Source: Massalongia carnosa | Taxonomy: Eukaryota | NCBI GenBank assembly: GCA_965645245.1 | Contig: OZ287083.1 | Span: 744,001 to 808,000 of the forward strand | Direction of reading: 5' to 3' | Length of the DNA: 64,000 nt | Shown: positions 12,423-25,648 of the stretch, in pieces | How the letters are laid out: every line of letters begins with the position of its first letter | Position numbering within the stretch: position 1 is the first letter of the stretch | The notes under the pieces: model-generated | The model's database searches: none | Told to the model about the DNA's origin: nothing | Seen by the model: the letters and a program-made list of their open reading frames with translations, nothing else | Made by a program: the position numbers and the translations under genes

Positions 12423-14040
12423 GGCATTCTTTCGTTGAGTTGTATCTCGTTGGTGTTTCTTGCTCTAGTCATCGGACGTCCTCTTTTCGGTTTGGCGAAG
12501 ACCGACTCTCTGTTTTCTGGGTTCATTATTTTTGCCCTCGTCGACCCCCATTCTTCCCTCCCTCGTAGAATCCTCCGTTCTTGTGCTTCTTGTGGTGATA
12601 ACGATCGCGACCGAGTGACTCTCAGTTCTCTAATTGATCTCGCACTTTCTTTTCTCTTACTTATCGTCTTCGTAGTTTCTGTCATTTCCAATTCGTTTTC
12701 CGCCTCTTCTCCTTCCTGCGGCTCCGCCTCGTTGGTGATGTGTGTCGATGGGAACTCGTTTTATGAGGCGTCGGTGGGTTTGTTTGATTGGTGTTGTTGA
12801 TTCCCATGACCTGCTTCGGTTTCGTCCTCGACTACGACTTCCATACGCCCCCCCTGCACTTGGCTGAGGATTGCTTTATTTCCTTTGGGTGGGGGCGGCA
12901 CTGCGTACAAGCGCCGGCGTGATTCTCTTGTGATTTCCGTGCGGTGTTTTTTCTCTTTCCTGATTTGGCATTCCGCTGCCCACGCTGGGTGTCCCTTGTC
13001 CCCGCACACTGCGCATCGTAGGGACCTTCCGGTTCTGCTGCATGGGTAGTTTCTGCTGTCGTGCCTTCCGACGCAGTACCCGCAGACGGTGGGATTTTTG
13101 TAAAACTTCGCGATGTGTCCGTATTGCTGACAATTGAAGCATTGCGTGAGCTTGCAGCCGGCTTCGAAGAGCTCGCATGTTTTTATTTCCCCTTCGTCCG
13201 CCAGTCCTACGAGGATCAAACGATTGGCCATTTCTGCAGTTTCTACCTCGATGTGTAACGAGGCGTAGCGCTTGTTTTGTTTGCGGGCTCTGGCGCTCCA
13301 GGCTACTCGATTGATTTTTCAGTCCTTCATGCAATCCTGCGTTTTCCTTTGTCAAGTATTCCAATGCTTTCGCTTGCTTTTACCCTCTGACTTCGTTCAT
13401 TTTTACTCCGTGTGCTAGAATTGCATAGCCTTCTTTGCGTATCGTCGCTGATGCAGCAACTCTCTTTATCCATTCCGAGTGTGCTTGCAAGGCTTCCTTG
13501 ACTTCCGGTGTTTTTACGTGAATTTTTAGATCTCTACTTGGTAGTCGTCGGATGCCCGTCACCTCTTCGTTAGAGACTCGTAGGGCGTCTACTATTTCCT
13601 TTGTGGTCTTTCTACCTAGGGCTTCCTGCTCCTTGGGGTCTTCTATTCTCACTATGATTTCCTTCATTTTTCTCTTCTCTCTGAGGGTGTTTTCCTCGTT
13701 GAGGCTTTGATTCTTCACTTCGGTTTCCTGTCCGCTTTTACGCTTTCCTGCTGCGACCGCCGCGTAGCTGAGAGCCTTGCCGTTATTCTAGCCCTGTTTT
13801 TCTATCTTCTTCAATCTTTGCTGAATATCCTGCAATGTATCTTGAAAATTTTCCTGCGTCGACGCGTCGCGTTCCGATGAAGTTTTTTCTATGAACAACA
13901 AGATCGATTATCCAACGCCTCGCCTCCGCGCCGGCTACAATCACATCTGCTCTTTCCAGAAATTCTCTTGCTTTGCTTGTTAGCTCGTGAGTTTCACTTA
14001 TCTCTTGCCCTTGGGCGTCGACACTCGTTGTCGTATTCAT
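12419..14040 (-). pseudogene. LINE-A ORF1 (gag-like, CCHC zinc knuckles); frameshifted
   Basis: QCFNCQQYGHIAK, CGYCVGRH, CAVCGDKGHPAW; similar to ORF1 of LINE-B. Confidence 0.85.
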
Positions 14041-14465
14041 TTTCTCTTATATCGATCAGGTATTGATATTAATTGATACTTTCTTTCTTATCTTGAAAAA
14101 AGAATTATAATCGATTTATTAATTCTTGAATTTTTGTAATTTCTTCATGCTTTGCAGTTGAATTATTATGATTCTATTTAATTACTTTTTTGTGTAATCT
14201 TGTTGAATATCCAATTCCTACCAGCACAATGAACACCTATCAGTATAATGAACATAGCACCTACGGCTGGACAGATCATCTACGGAAACCGTAGATGCCA
14301 CATTAGGCTTAGTCCTAAGATAAGATAAGATTACCTCGCTTAGAAGGGGGTGACCAGTAATAGGAAAAGATTGCTGCCTAGCAACTCTTCATCCTTAACA
14401 TTACGGTCATACATACCTTTATTATTTCATAGCCATATAGCCATAGTCATATACCTATTTCAACA

Positions 14466-14476
14466 GGTTATGAGCC
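14466..14476 (+). promoter_or_regulatory. Copia primer-binding site, half-tRNA(iMet) type
   Basis: GGTTATGAGCC lies immediately after the 5' LTR and is complementary to the initiator tRNA-Met anticodon arm (GGCUCAUAACC). Confidence 0.8.
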
Positions 14477-14723
14477 TGGAAGGGTGCTATCGATTTAAAC
14501 GAATCGAAGCTTTTAATCCGCAGCATCGCAGTGCAATCAGCTAAGCATCGTTCCTATTCAATGAATCGTAGACACATGACTAAAATCTTTCTGTGTCTTT
14601 AGGAACGATCCCTCAAATCACATCAATCAGTTCTCTCTTCTGTACACAGCGATTTCTTGTCAGAAGCACAAAAATTGCGTGTTAGAAAGAGCATGAGCAC
14701 ATTGATCGTACTATACCGAAAGC

Positions 14724-15433
14724 CCTCGGACACCAAAGAGCTTGCTAAGCTCGATGGTCGAAGGCAATCAAGTCCTCGGACACCAAAGAGCTTTCTAAGC
14801 TCGATGGTCGAAGGCACTCAAGTCCTCGGACACCAAAAGAGCTTGCTATGCTCGATGGTTGAAGGCACCCAAGTCCTCGGACACCAGAAGAGCTTGCTAC
14901 GCTCGATGGTCGAAGGCACTCAAGTCCTCGGACACCAGAAGAGCTTGCTACGCTCGATGGTCGAAGGCACTCTAGTCCTCGGACACCAGAAGAGCTTGCT
15001 ATGCTCGATGGTCGAAGGCACCCAAGTCCTCGGACAGAAGAGCTTGCTACGCTCGATAGTCGAAGGCACTCAAGTCCTCGGACACCAAAGAGCTTGCTAA
15101 GCTCGATGATCGAAGGCACCCAAGTCCTCGGACACCAAAAGAGCTTGCTATGGTCGATGGTCGAAGGCACCCAAGTCCTCGGACACCAGAAGAGCTTGCT
15201 ACGCTCGATGGTCGAAGGCACCCAAGTCCTCGGACACCAGAAGAGCTTGCTACGCTCGATGGTCGAAGGCACCCAAGTCCTCGGACACCAAAGAGCTTGC
15301 TAAGCTCGATGGTCGAAGGCGCTCAAGTCCTCGGACACCAAAGAGCCCGCTAAGCTCGATGCTAAGCTCGATGGTCGAAGGCACCGAAGTCCTCGGACAC
15401 CAAAAGAGCTCGCTAAGCTCGATGGTCGAAGGC
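14724..15433 (+). repeat. Minisatellite, ~14 copies of a 50-51 bp unit in the copia 5' leader
   Basis: Unit CTCGGACACCAGAAGAGCTTGCTACGCTCGATGGTCGAAGGCACCCAAGTC, head-to-tail with no spacers. Confidence 0.95.
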
Positions 15434-15927
15434 AAAAAAAACTATATTGCTGGCCCTGAGCGCCCCGTTGGTTCAAAAATCATCAAAGCGTCAGTTTCAC
15501 CCGTGGTTGAGTTCTGGACACGCAAAAAATACAAAATCCCTCGGACATCAAAGAGCTTAGTAAACTCATTGATCGCAGGCACAAAGACCTTTCTTTTTGG
15601 CAATTATGCCTCCTTAAGGCACTAGATGAGATTGTGCGGCAGTTGCCTCTTATTATTTAACCGGCCTAAGGCCGGTTAAATCAAATTGGAAGAACCCTGC
15701 GCTCAATTTGCTTTTGGTCAATTGGACCCTTGAAAAAGCCGAAGTTGAAATTCTCATCATGGCAAACAAGCATGTTAAGCAAACAGGTTTCTCTGTTGAG
15801 ACATCAGAGTGGACACTGGTTAAGGAGGGACTGTTTTCCCCTTGTCTATAAGAAAGGTCACAGATCCACATTCTTTCAGTCACTACTAAGTTTCTCGCCT
15901 TGTTCAATTGCTCCCCATTCTCCCATT

Positions 15928-18900
15928 ATGTCTATCATAGATACGTCACATCTTTTGGAGAAAGCCGAAAGATATTCGGCATGGGCAAGCTATACGAAGG
16001 GCATTCTGCTCAAGAACAACTGCGAAGGAGCGATTCTGGAGAATCAATCAGAAATAACCGCTGAAACCATCAAGGAAGGTTTAATGCAAGCAGGCTTCGA
16101 CGCCAAAGGTCTTTCAGTCAGCATCTTGGTAAAAGAACTGCGTGACTAGAAGAATAGACAGAAGGCCGAGATGACCAAGGCTATAGGAATCATTCACGGA
16201 TTAGTTGCGGAGTGCCATTACAGCCTCATCGACAACAAGAATGCGGCAGAAATGTGGAAAATCCTGAAGGATAGATTCCAAGATATAGCACCAATGAGCA
16301 TCAGCGATATCATTCTGAAGGTTAGTTCCAAGAAGATGACCGACTTCGAGACGACCAGTCTATACTGTGCAGATTACGAGACCGCTTTAAACAAAATTTA
16401 AAGGAATGCTGGATGACAAGACCAAAGTGGATGTGCATACCGTGGAGTTTATACTTAAGAGAATGATGCTGGGTAACACCAGACGTCTATTCCCCATTGA
16501 TAGCCCAACTTCGACGAGATTGAACATACGAAACCACAAACCTGTCGGAAGCAATGAAGACCATTATTGCTTATTATGTCAATATGAAAATCACCAAGGC
16601 ACTTCATATCAGCACACCTGACTCAAGAGGTCGAGCCCCATCAGGGAACTGCGCCTTCTCTTAATGTGTCAAGAGAAAGAACACTCGTCATTGGCTAGAT
16701 ACCTGTTGCAGAAGTTTCCACAGTTAAAAAGACATAGAAGTTCGCTCGAATCCGGAAGAGCAAAGAAACAAAAGACTACCTCGTTAGAAACGAAGGCGGA
16801 CTTATCTCATACATCAACCAACATTCCAACGACTATTGACACTCCAGATTTGAGGATGCATTTGAGCAAAGTGGACGAGGACACCTATCAAGGACTGGAC
16901 GTCATTATCTGTCAAATCAAAACTCGCTACATGGCATGGAAGGCTTGGTCATCTCAACATAGCGACGTTTCGAAAATATCTGAAAACGCTAGACATAACG
17001 TACGATGACGATATCAATCGCGGTTGGTTTTGCCATGCATGCGATATGGGAAAAGCCAAAAAGATATACAACCGAACACGGCAAGAGAAGGCCACAGAGC
17101 TCTTTCAAAAGATAAACTCTGATCTAGTGGGACTAATCAAGCCATCAGGACTTCTTGAAGAACTTTACTTCTTCACTTTCACCTGTGATGCTAGCAGATA
17201 CACTCATGTCTATACCGGACACAAGAAGAGTGAATGGTTTGATCACTTGTTAACATACTACAGCATGGCTCAAAACAAATCCGGAAAGGCTAAACTCATA
17301 AGCAGTTTTCGCACTGACTTCGGCACGGAACTGCGCAGTCACAAGTCAGACGTTTGGTCCTTGGAACAAGGCATAACGTTTGAAACAGCTGCTTCATACT
17401 CTCAAGAGGAAAACGGAGTCGCGGAACGAATGGGCAGAACTATCATGGACATGACAAGATGTAGTGTCATTGCCGGAGACATTCCAGACTACTTGTGGGC
17501 AGAAGTGGTTCTAGCCATGGTTCACACCAAGAACGTAAGACCAACCAACGCCTTAGCAGGTAAAACTCCGTATGAGATCTTCGAGAAGAAGTCACCTAAG
17601 CTGGATCACCTGAGAATTCTCGGATCTACAGTCTATGCATTAATACACGAAGAAGAGCGAAAAGGAATAAACAGCAAGGCTGCTAAATTTTCTCCGAGGG
17701 CTCAGAAAGGAATCCTGTGTGGATATGACAGAAGCACCATCTATCGCGTCTTTATGGAAAAAGACTACAAGGTCATCAGGGTCAAGGACTCACGAATTCA
17801 TAAAGACGCCACATTCAAAGATGGGACCGATCTACCCACGTACGACTCATCATATCATCAAGCAATGACTCCGAATACGCAACGAATGGAGTCAGTCTGG
17901 GTAATGGATGAGATCAAAAGTCTGCTGGAGAATAACACCTGGGATACATTACCTACCGAGTCCATGGAACCTGGACATATAGTCTTAAGTGGCGATGAGT
18001 ATTCAAGCTGAAACGGGACGTAAATGAAAAGATCGTTCGCTTTAAAGCCAGATGGGTTGTCCAAGGATATCTACAACAATACTGAGTAGATTTCGATCAA
18101 ACCTTTGCATCTGTGGTCAAACAATGGCTTTTCGCTTGCTATTCGCGTTAGCTGCTCATCACTATCTGCACATCGAGCAACTGGATATAGTGACAGCTTT
18201 TCTGAACGGTCTCATCGATCAACTCATCTATGTCTACATGCCGAAAGGATAGGATACAGCTGGCATGGTGTGTAGGTTGAACAAAGCCCTGTACAGTTTG
18301 AACAGTCTCCGCGTCCCTGGTATGAACGACTGTCAGCTTTTCTATTGAGCAAATTAGGATCGGAGAAACTCCACGCAGATCATAACATTTTCGTCACACC
18401 TCAAGGGATAAAAGGACATACTGTTACCTCTTTCGTTGACGATTTGAACATCTTAGGCCCAAAGGGTTCCCCGATGATCACCGAAGTCAAGAAACAGCTC
18501 AAGCTAGCTTTTAAGATGGTAGATATGGGACCAATCAGCTACTATCTAGGCCTTAAAGTCGAACGAGATCGAGTCAACAAAACCATAAAGCACTCCCATG
18601 CGAGAAGGCTGTCTCTTCATCAATAAATTTCAGGACTCCGACAAGGACATAAAGCGATATCAAACCATGGTCGGATCCATCATGTTCGCAATGATAGAAA
18701 CCAGGCCAGACATAGCTTTCGCAACGTCCGTAATCAGTCGACATGCAAAGAATCCAGGCAAAACACATATGGAAGCGGCCAAACACATTCTCAGATACCT
18801 TAGCGGTACCAAGAATAGAGACATTACCTTCGACAAATAGCAGCGAAAATCCACCTGGGGTTATGTGTTCATGCTGAACAATGGACCAATAAGCTGGTGT

Positions 18901-19308
18901 TTCAAAAGACAAACAACCGTCACATTGTTATCAACCGAAGCAGAGTATATGGCACTCACCTTAGCAGCAAAGAAGACAACATGGCTACGTTTACTGATGA
19001 TCGAACTCGGATTGATGACTTCTGATGACGGATCCCTGACAAAAAACGTGTTAAGAGGAGAAGGCACAATTGCATTGAAAGGCGACAATCAAAGCGCTAT
19101 AACACTGGCCAATAACCCTGTATTACACTCCAGGACTAAGCATATCGACATTCAGCACTAGTTCATACGAAACGAGGCGCTAGAAGGAAGAATCGACCTC
19201 ACCTATGTTCCGACCGAAGACATGATTGCAGATGGACTGACAAAAACCCTCACGCACGTCAAGTTCTTCTCCTTTATCAGACAGCTCAACATGGACAAAC
19301 AGACATAA
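15928..19308 (+). pseudogene. Copia gag-pol pseudogene (gag, pre-integrase, integrase, RT, RNase H)
   Basis: WHGRLGH, FRTDFGTE, QEENGVAER, FKARWV, QLDIVTAFLNG, FVDD, STEAEY, GDNQSAI, RTKHIDI. Multiple stops and frameshifts; no protease motif seen. Confidence 0.9.
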
Positions 19309-20223
19309 GAGGTTAAGAAGTTCAACAACGGTTGAATCCACGACGGAAACAAGTACTGGTAGGACTTGAGGGGGGGTGTTGAATATCCAATTCCTACCAG
19401 CACAATGAACACCTATCAGTACAATAAATATAGCACCTACGGCAGGACAGATTATCTTCGGAAACCGTAGATGCCGCATTAGGCTTAGTCCCAAGATAAG
19501 ATAAGATTACCTCGCTTAGAAGGGGGTGACCAGTAATAGGAAAAGATTGCTGCCTAGCAACTCTTCATCCTTAACATTACGGTCATACATACCTTTATTA
19601 TTATATAGTCATATAGCAATAGTCATATACCTATTTCAACAAATCTTGTTGATATTAAAATACGATCTTCGAAGTATATTAATTCGTGATTTATTCTGAA
19701 CATAGAAAATTTTTTTTGATGTTTTCATTATTCTTAATACTTTATCTTGTAAATTAATGGTTGAAAAGCAACGATCGAGATACCATACAATTCAATCGAC
19801 AACCACAATCTAGGCTACTATTATTGATTTGACTCACATATATCTATTCTCTCAACACGTCTTCCCTTGTAACGCGTACCGACGTTATGCGCGGGCGCTA
19901 CAAGAGAAGAAAAGCAGCGCAAACCTTACGAGCCGAGCAGTACGCGCAATAGCTGACATTGAAAAACAGCTACGCGACAAATCCAGAGAGATAATTAAGG
20001 GATCAGAGATCTTGACACTGCTACAAGAAGCAAAGGAGTTGATTCACTTTCTCGCGCTTCCGGAGAGCGAGCTACGCAATGATGTGCAGCTGATTTACAG
20101 CAATTAACGCGCATAGAAGCGAACACGACCAAGACGACGGCAGCAGTCAAGAGCTACGCCGCGGTAGCGTCCGCGGGAAGTAGCAAAAACGACAGCAACA
20201 CGACGGCGACGCGCAACTCCATA

Positions 20224-21522
20224 ATGGAGCAGCAACGACAGCTGGAGGAGATAAAGAGAAGAAAGTCCGTTCTGATCAAGTTCAGGAACGACGCAGAGAA
20301 AGTCGGAATCAAAGCCTTGTCGAACAAGGCACTTATGGACAGAATCAAGACTATCAAGGAGAAGACCGGCGATGTACTGGCGGTGCGACGTCTCCCAAGC
20401 GGCGACTTGGAGCTGCTGGCGTGCACGATGGAAGCTAAGGCTAGAATGGAGATAGATCAACAGCTACATAAAGGGCTTGCGGACTCAGCGTATGTAGTGC
20501 GACGCACATTCGCTGTGTTAGCGCATGGGGTGCGCGTAGACAGCGTCGACACAGTTAACGCACAAGCTACCATCAAGAGTCTAGAGAAACAGAATGAGCA
20601 GCTTCATCCGGGACTGCAGATCTGCCGCATTGCATGGACCAAAAGGGCAGTTTCAGAAGCCAAGATTCACTCCTCGCTAATAGTTGAAGTAGCCACCGCA
20701 GAGACGGCAAACAGACTGATTAAAGAGGGTCTTCTGCAGGATTACTCGCATAGAATATGTGAGTACTTCGATAAGAACTGTCGTCTAAAACAGTGCTTTC
20801 ACTGCCAGAAGTACGGACATACGGGCACCGCATGCAAGAACGCCCTTCGATGCGCAGGCTGCGCTCAAGGACATCGCTCGCAAGCATGCAAAGCGCCTGC
20901 GGATCGACGTAAGTGCGCCGTTTGCGGCGGGAATCATCCGGCGTGGTCTCACCTCTGCCCCGTCCGAAAAGAGGAGAAGGAGCGCCTGAATGGCATCTGG
21001 AAGAACCGACCAACGTGGCATGTCGAGACGGAGGCGGTTGTCCTTCCTCGACAAAGTCAGACAGTAGAACGACACAATAACGCCGGCGACACGACGTCTC
21101 ATACACCTGCGCCAACACGTCATCAGGCAGTGCGTGAGCGAAGCCGCTCGCCAACCCCCGAGGCCGAGGAGCCGAACGAGTTCACTGAGGACGGCTCCAC
21201 GTTTATGAGCCTCGACATTAATACGGTCACCAACAGCTTTCCGGCTCTCCCCTCTACACACGGCAAGAGGGCACACTCGCAGGGACCTGGAGAAGGCTCC
21301 TCGCCATCTCCTACTAGGCGCAGAGCCAGCGTGTCGGTTGTACCTGACTCACAGCCGGCCTCGTCTTCTCATAGGTCTGACAGCGCCCTTTCACTCCTTC
21401 GTTACCCCATGCCTCCTCCGGCGCCGAAGGCGCATTCGCAGACGCAGCCACAGCCCAAGCCGAAGCGCGACCGCCCGCCGCTTCACAGAATCAGCGGCAA
21501 AGTCTCCCGAAATACCCAGTAA
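20224..21522 (+). CDS. LINE-B ORF1 nucleic-acid-binding protein (true start probably upstream and disrupted)
   Basis: Three zinc knuckles: QCFHCQKYGHTGTAC, CAGCAQGH, CAVCGGNHPAW. Confidence 0.85.
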   Translation: MEQQRQLEEIKRRKSVLIKFRNDAEKVGIKALSNKALMDRIKTIKEKTGDVLAVRRLPSGDLELLACTMEAKARMEIDQQLHKGLADSAYVVRRTFAVLAHGVRVDSVDTVNAQATIKSLEKQNEQLHPGLQICRIAWTKRAVSEAKIHSSLIVEVATAETANRLIKEGLLQDYSHRICEYFDKNCRLKQCFHCQKYGHTGTACKNALRCAGCAQGHRSQACKAPADRRKCAVCGGNHPAWSHLCPVRKEEKERLNGIWKNRPTWHVETEAVVLPRQSQTVERHNNAGDTTSHTPAPTRHQAVRERSRSPTPEAEEPNEFTEDGSTFMSLDINTVTNSFPALPSTHGKRAHSQGPGEGSSPSPTRRRASVSVVPDSQPASSSHRSDSALSLLRYPMPPPAPKAHSQTQPQPKPKRDRPPLHRISGKVSRNTQ

Positions 21523-24500
21523 TGGCGGGACAAACATCTCTTTCAATATTACAGTATAACATCAAAAAGAGCAAGAACGGGGTCATGACCCCTCTACTGG
21601 CGGACAAGAGAATAGAGGAGTATGACGTCTTAGCCATTCAGGAACCATGGCGCAACCCCAGCGTTTGCACGTCGCACAATCCGTTCAATTCCGGCTTTCA
21701 TATTGCGTTTATGTCGAATGAGAATGTACGTGCGTGTTTCTATATTAATAAAAGATTGGATGTCAATTCTTTGGCTGTGGACTTCCTCACGCCGGACGTG
21801 TGCACAATGAGACTAAGAATATCTGCGAGTAATGAGCCACGATACATCAATATACATAACGTCTACAGTCAATCACCCGACTCGCATTCTTCTCGCCAGC
21901 TACTCGAAAGCGCGGAGGCGGTGAGACGAAAGATTCATGAGCGGGATGAAGAGGAACACATCTTGCTGGGAGACTTTAATCTGCATCACCCTCTGTGGAG
22001 TGGCCCTTCCAGGCTTACACAACATCAAGCGGCCGACCAGCTTCTCGACGTCGTTCGTGCGGCGTCTATGCAGCTCACTCTACCTAGTGGCTCTGTCACT
22101 TGGGAGGCACACAGATCCACGAGCACGATAGACCTAGTGTTCATGACCGACTCCTTGAGACACAGTCTGCTGCACTGTCACACCCGTCCGGAGATGAACC
22201 AATCGTCCGATCACATACCCGTCTCTACCAAGCTGACGCTAGAGGTGGAGCTGAGCGTGAAACGTCGCAAGAGAGCATGGAAGCGAGCCGACGAAGAAAA
22301 TCTGGCGAAAAGTCTTCGTCTACCTGTAGTCACGGAGTGGCCGCGTACCCCGCAAGCCATAGACGACTTAGCGAATCGACTACAGTCCGCCATTATTGAC
22401 GCGATAAATGAGACCATTCCCTGGACGGCTCCCTGCCCCGTCTCCAAACCCTTCTGGAACGAGCGTTGCGCTGTCGCTGTGGCGGAGACTCGACGTCGAA
22501 GACGCGAGTGGACGAGGTGGAAGACAGAGGCAACGTGGCGCAGGTTTCTCAAATCGGCGGATGAAAAGAAGAAGATCATCACCAAGGAGAAGAAGCTCGA
22601 TTTCAGAAGAACCTTAGCAGAGATGACGTCTGCGTCCGAAGGCATATGGCGTCTTGCTCGATAGGCTCGTACGCGCAGTCACTTACCGCGAGACATTCCC
22701 AAGGTGCCCGATCTGACGCACACGCTTGCGGACGGCAAAGCAGTCACTGCGTCCACATTCGACGAAAAGACGTCTCTTCTCTCTGACATATTCTTCCCCA
22801 ATGCAACCGCGGCAGACCTCAGCGACCCGACGACGTATCGCTACCCTCCCGCTGTCGCAGAAACGGAGTCTCTTATCACAGGCGAGGAGATAAAGGCAGC
22901 AATCAAGCGTTGTAAGCCGGACTCTGCTCCCGGGCCCGACGGAATACCGAATAGAATACTTAAGCTTCTGATCAAGTCGATACTGCCCAAGTTGATCCTT
23001 CTGTTTCGCGCCTGCGCAGAGCAGGGGTATCACCCACTCTGCTTTCGCGAGGCTTACACTATTGCAATCAAGAAGCCGAACAAGCCGAACTACACTCTCG
23101 CTAAGGCCTATAGACCTATCGCGCTTCTGAATACGCTTGGGAAGGCCTTGGAATCGATCATAGCTAAACGCATCGCCGCTATTGCGGAGACCCACAATCT
23201 GCTTCCTGAGTCTCAGATGGGAGGACGACGACAAAGATCCTGTGAAACGGCGCTTGAACTCCTCACCGAACAGATACACACGGTGTGGAACACGGGGTCA
23301 GACAAAGTGGCCACGCTTTTGAGCATTGATGTGGCCGGTGCCTTTGATCACGTCTCGGCGGAGAGAATGCTGCACAATCTGCGCAAGAGAAAAATTCCTG
23401 AATGGATCGTAACATGGGTCGGCAGCTTTTTACAGCAAAGAAGGTCCACACTGACAATCGGCGGTCAGACGTCTTCGTTGCACCTTGTTCACGCCGGTAT
23501 ACCGCAGGGGTCGCCAGTGTCGCCCATTCTTTACATTTTTTACAACGCAGATATTTTGGAGGAGCTAGAGCGATCTCGACTCAAAGTTACCGCGTTGGGG
23601 TTTATTGACGACATCAATATACTGGCATACGGCACCTCGACTGCGAGTAACTGTCGATCGAGCTTTAGAACGTGCTCACGAGATGTGCGAGCTGTGGGCT
23701 AGACGTCATGGAGCGCACTCCGCGCCTGCTAAATACGAGCTCCTACATCTCGCCAGAAATGATCGTCGCTTCGACATGACGGCTACCGTGTGCATAGGAG
23801 GCGTGAACAAGACGCCTTCGCCGTCGGTGCGAGTGCTTGGAATTCAAATCGACTCCAAGCTTAAATGGGGCCCTTATCTAAAGTTCATACAGGGCATAAT
23901 GGCTACGCAGACCTTGGCATTATCCAGGCTTACGGCTTCTACGTGGGGAGCGTGCTTTACGAAGGCGAGACACGTTTATAGCGCCGTCGTGCGACCGGCG
24001 ATTCCCTTTGGCACTACCGTCTGGCATTCGCCATATGGCCATCCCGACGGCACGCAGAGGATCGACAAACAGCTCGGTGACATACAGCGAGAGTGTCTGC
24101 GAGCGATAAGCGGAGGATTTCGCGCTACTCCGCAAATCATCATCGAAGCCGAAACTCACGTTTCTCCAATTCAACTGCATCTGGCTCACTTGCAGGCGAA
24201 GGCACGACGACGTCTTAAAGAACATGAACACGATCAACGCATCTCCGCTTTCTGTGATAAGATCAAGCGCAAGCTGACTGCCTCGCGCGGTAGACGACGG
24301 CGCGCCCTCAACGCTACGCCGGCTCAGCGTAAGCGTGACTGGTATACGAGGCAGATTGCTCGAGTCCGGCCTGCTGACATGATAGAGGACACTCCGACGG
24401 ACAGAGGGCTAGCCAAGATCTTCAGCAATCAGTGGAAACAGACCTGGAGCGCGTATCAGGCGGCTCATCAGTATCATCCCTGCGCTGCGCTTACTGAGGA

Positions 24501-24861
24501 TCTTTCGATAAAGAGACTGGGATTACATATGAACTTCAGCAAATCCGAAAGCAGCCTCATCATTCAAATGCGTACTGAACGTATCGGCTTGGCGGATTAT
24601 CTCTTCTCTCGTCGAGTTCCCACGTTCGCTTCGCCGGCGTGTAGCTGTGGATAGGCACGACAGACGCTCAAGCATGTGCTACTCAGCTGCCCCAGGTTTG
24701 TTAACCGCCGAAGCAACATGAGCAGAGACGCCGGAACGACGGATTATCGCCGCATTCTGACCACCGAAAAGGGCTTACGAGCCTCCGCTCGCTGGCTTAT
24801 GCGGACTAATCTACTGACACAGTTTTCGCTAGCTGTAGAGTGTCTTTCTTCCTCCCCCTGA
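21522..24861 (+). pseudogene. LINE-B ORF2 (AP endonuclease, RT, zinc motif)
   Basis: AIQEPW, GDFNLHH, SDH, APGPDG, PQGSPVSP, FIDD, CSCG. Stops end at 22664 and 24654; frameshift near 23660. Confidence 0.92.
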
Positions 24862-25131
24862 CTCTCGCGTAGTGATAGTCACAAACTCTAGTTATATCAG
24901 AGGCAGAAGGTAGTCTCTTGATACGCATGTGTGTCGTAGACGTGGCGCTGGCGAAACGTAGCATTCGCGAAGTGAGGTCGAGCGATCACGTGTAGGTATA
25001 CAGATGAAAATTTTTTTCCCCTCGATGAGGGTTTTCCTTCTTTGAAACTTTGATAGCTTTTCTCGCATGGGTCGGCTGTAGCTGATGTCACAACGAGTAT
25101 GAATTTAATAATAATAATAATACTTTATCTT

Positions 25132-25643
25132 TCTTTATGAATTCTTTCAGTCTTCTTTTGTGACTGCAATTTGTTGTAATTTCTGATCTTTTTCTTGAAT
25201 GTTTAAGCTTCTATTCGCTCTTTTATTGAATAATAAAATCTGGCGCTTAATGCATCGATCTTGATGTTCTTGTTTTTATTGATGTAGATTATCTTATACT
25301 TGAAAGGAGTTAATTTCTCTATTTATCTTGCTTGTCTTCGACTTAAAATACGATAAATTGCGATATAAATTCAATTTTGATAATCAGAATAATTCTTAAC
25401 CTTAAACTTGCTTTCTTTCAAATATATTTTTAAAGCTTTTAACGTTAATACTTGATCGAGATTTCATAATTTATTTCTTTTAATTCAAATATCTTTAAAT
25501 AATAAGTCAAATAAATGTCAGTGATCGTCTTTTTTTAATTGATTTAATTCGACTCTCCTGACTGCATCTGATGTGTCGACCTCAATTTTGTTTTCTTTAT
25601 CTGATTTGTAGTAAATCAAAATTAATTCTTTCTTCAGAAGAGT
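25132..25643 (-). pseudogene. Heavily RIP-mutated gypsy pol relic; further pieces at ~14071-14195 and probably 19647-19734 and 28716-29030
   Basis: Very AT-rich. The minus strand reads LSRRQAR*IEKLTPFKYKIIY..KNIKIDALS. The 14.1-kb piece resembles the integrase His-His zinc region. Confidence 0.6.
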
Positions 25644-25648
25644 TTTGA

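Larger units (their letters stand above)
8834..14057 (-). mobile_element. Tad1-like LINE, near full length, defective (LINE-A)
   Basis: ORF1 and ORF2 remnants, (AATC)-like 3' tail, 13-bp TSD AGGTATTGATATT at 8821-8833 and 14058-14070. Confidence 0.9.
14201..19641 (+). mobile_element. Ty1/copia LTR retrotransposon, structurally complete, coding-defective
   Basis: 265-bp LTRs at 14201-14465 and 19377-19641 (TGTTG...CAACA), 5-bp TSD AATCT, PBS GGTTATGAGCC, G-run PPT at 19368-19376, domain order gag-IN-RT-RH. Confidence 0.95.
19749..25117 (+). mobile_element. Tad1-like LINE, full length (LINE-B)
   Basis: ORF1 and ORF2, (TAA)n tail at 25106-25120, 14-bp TSD TAATACTTTATCTT at 19735-19748 and 25118-25131. 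Confidence 0.92.

Noticed and set aside
14724..15433. Possible CRISPR array or repeat-protein gene
   Set aside because: Units are contiguous with no unique spacers, there are no cas genes, and the context is eukaryotic. The ORFs in several frames are just translations of the repeat.
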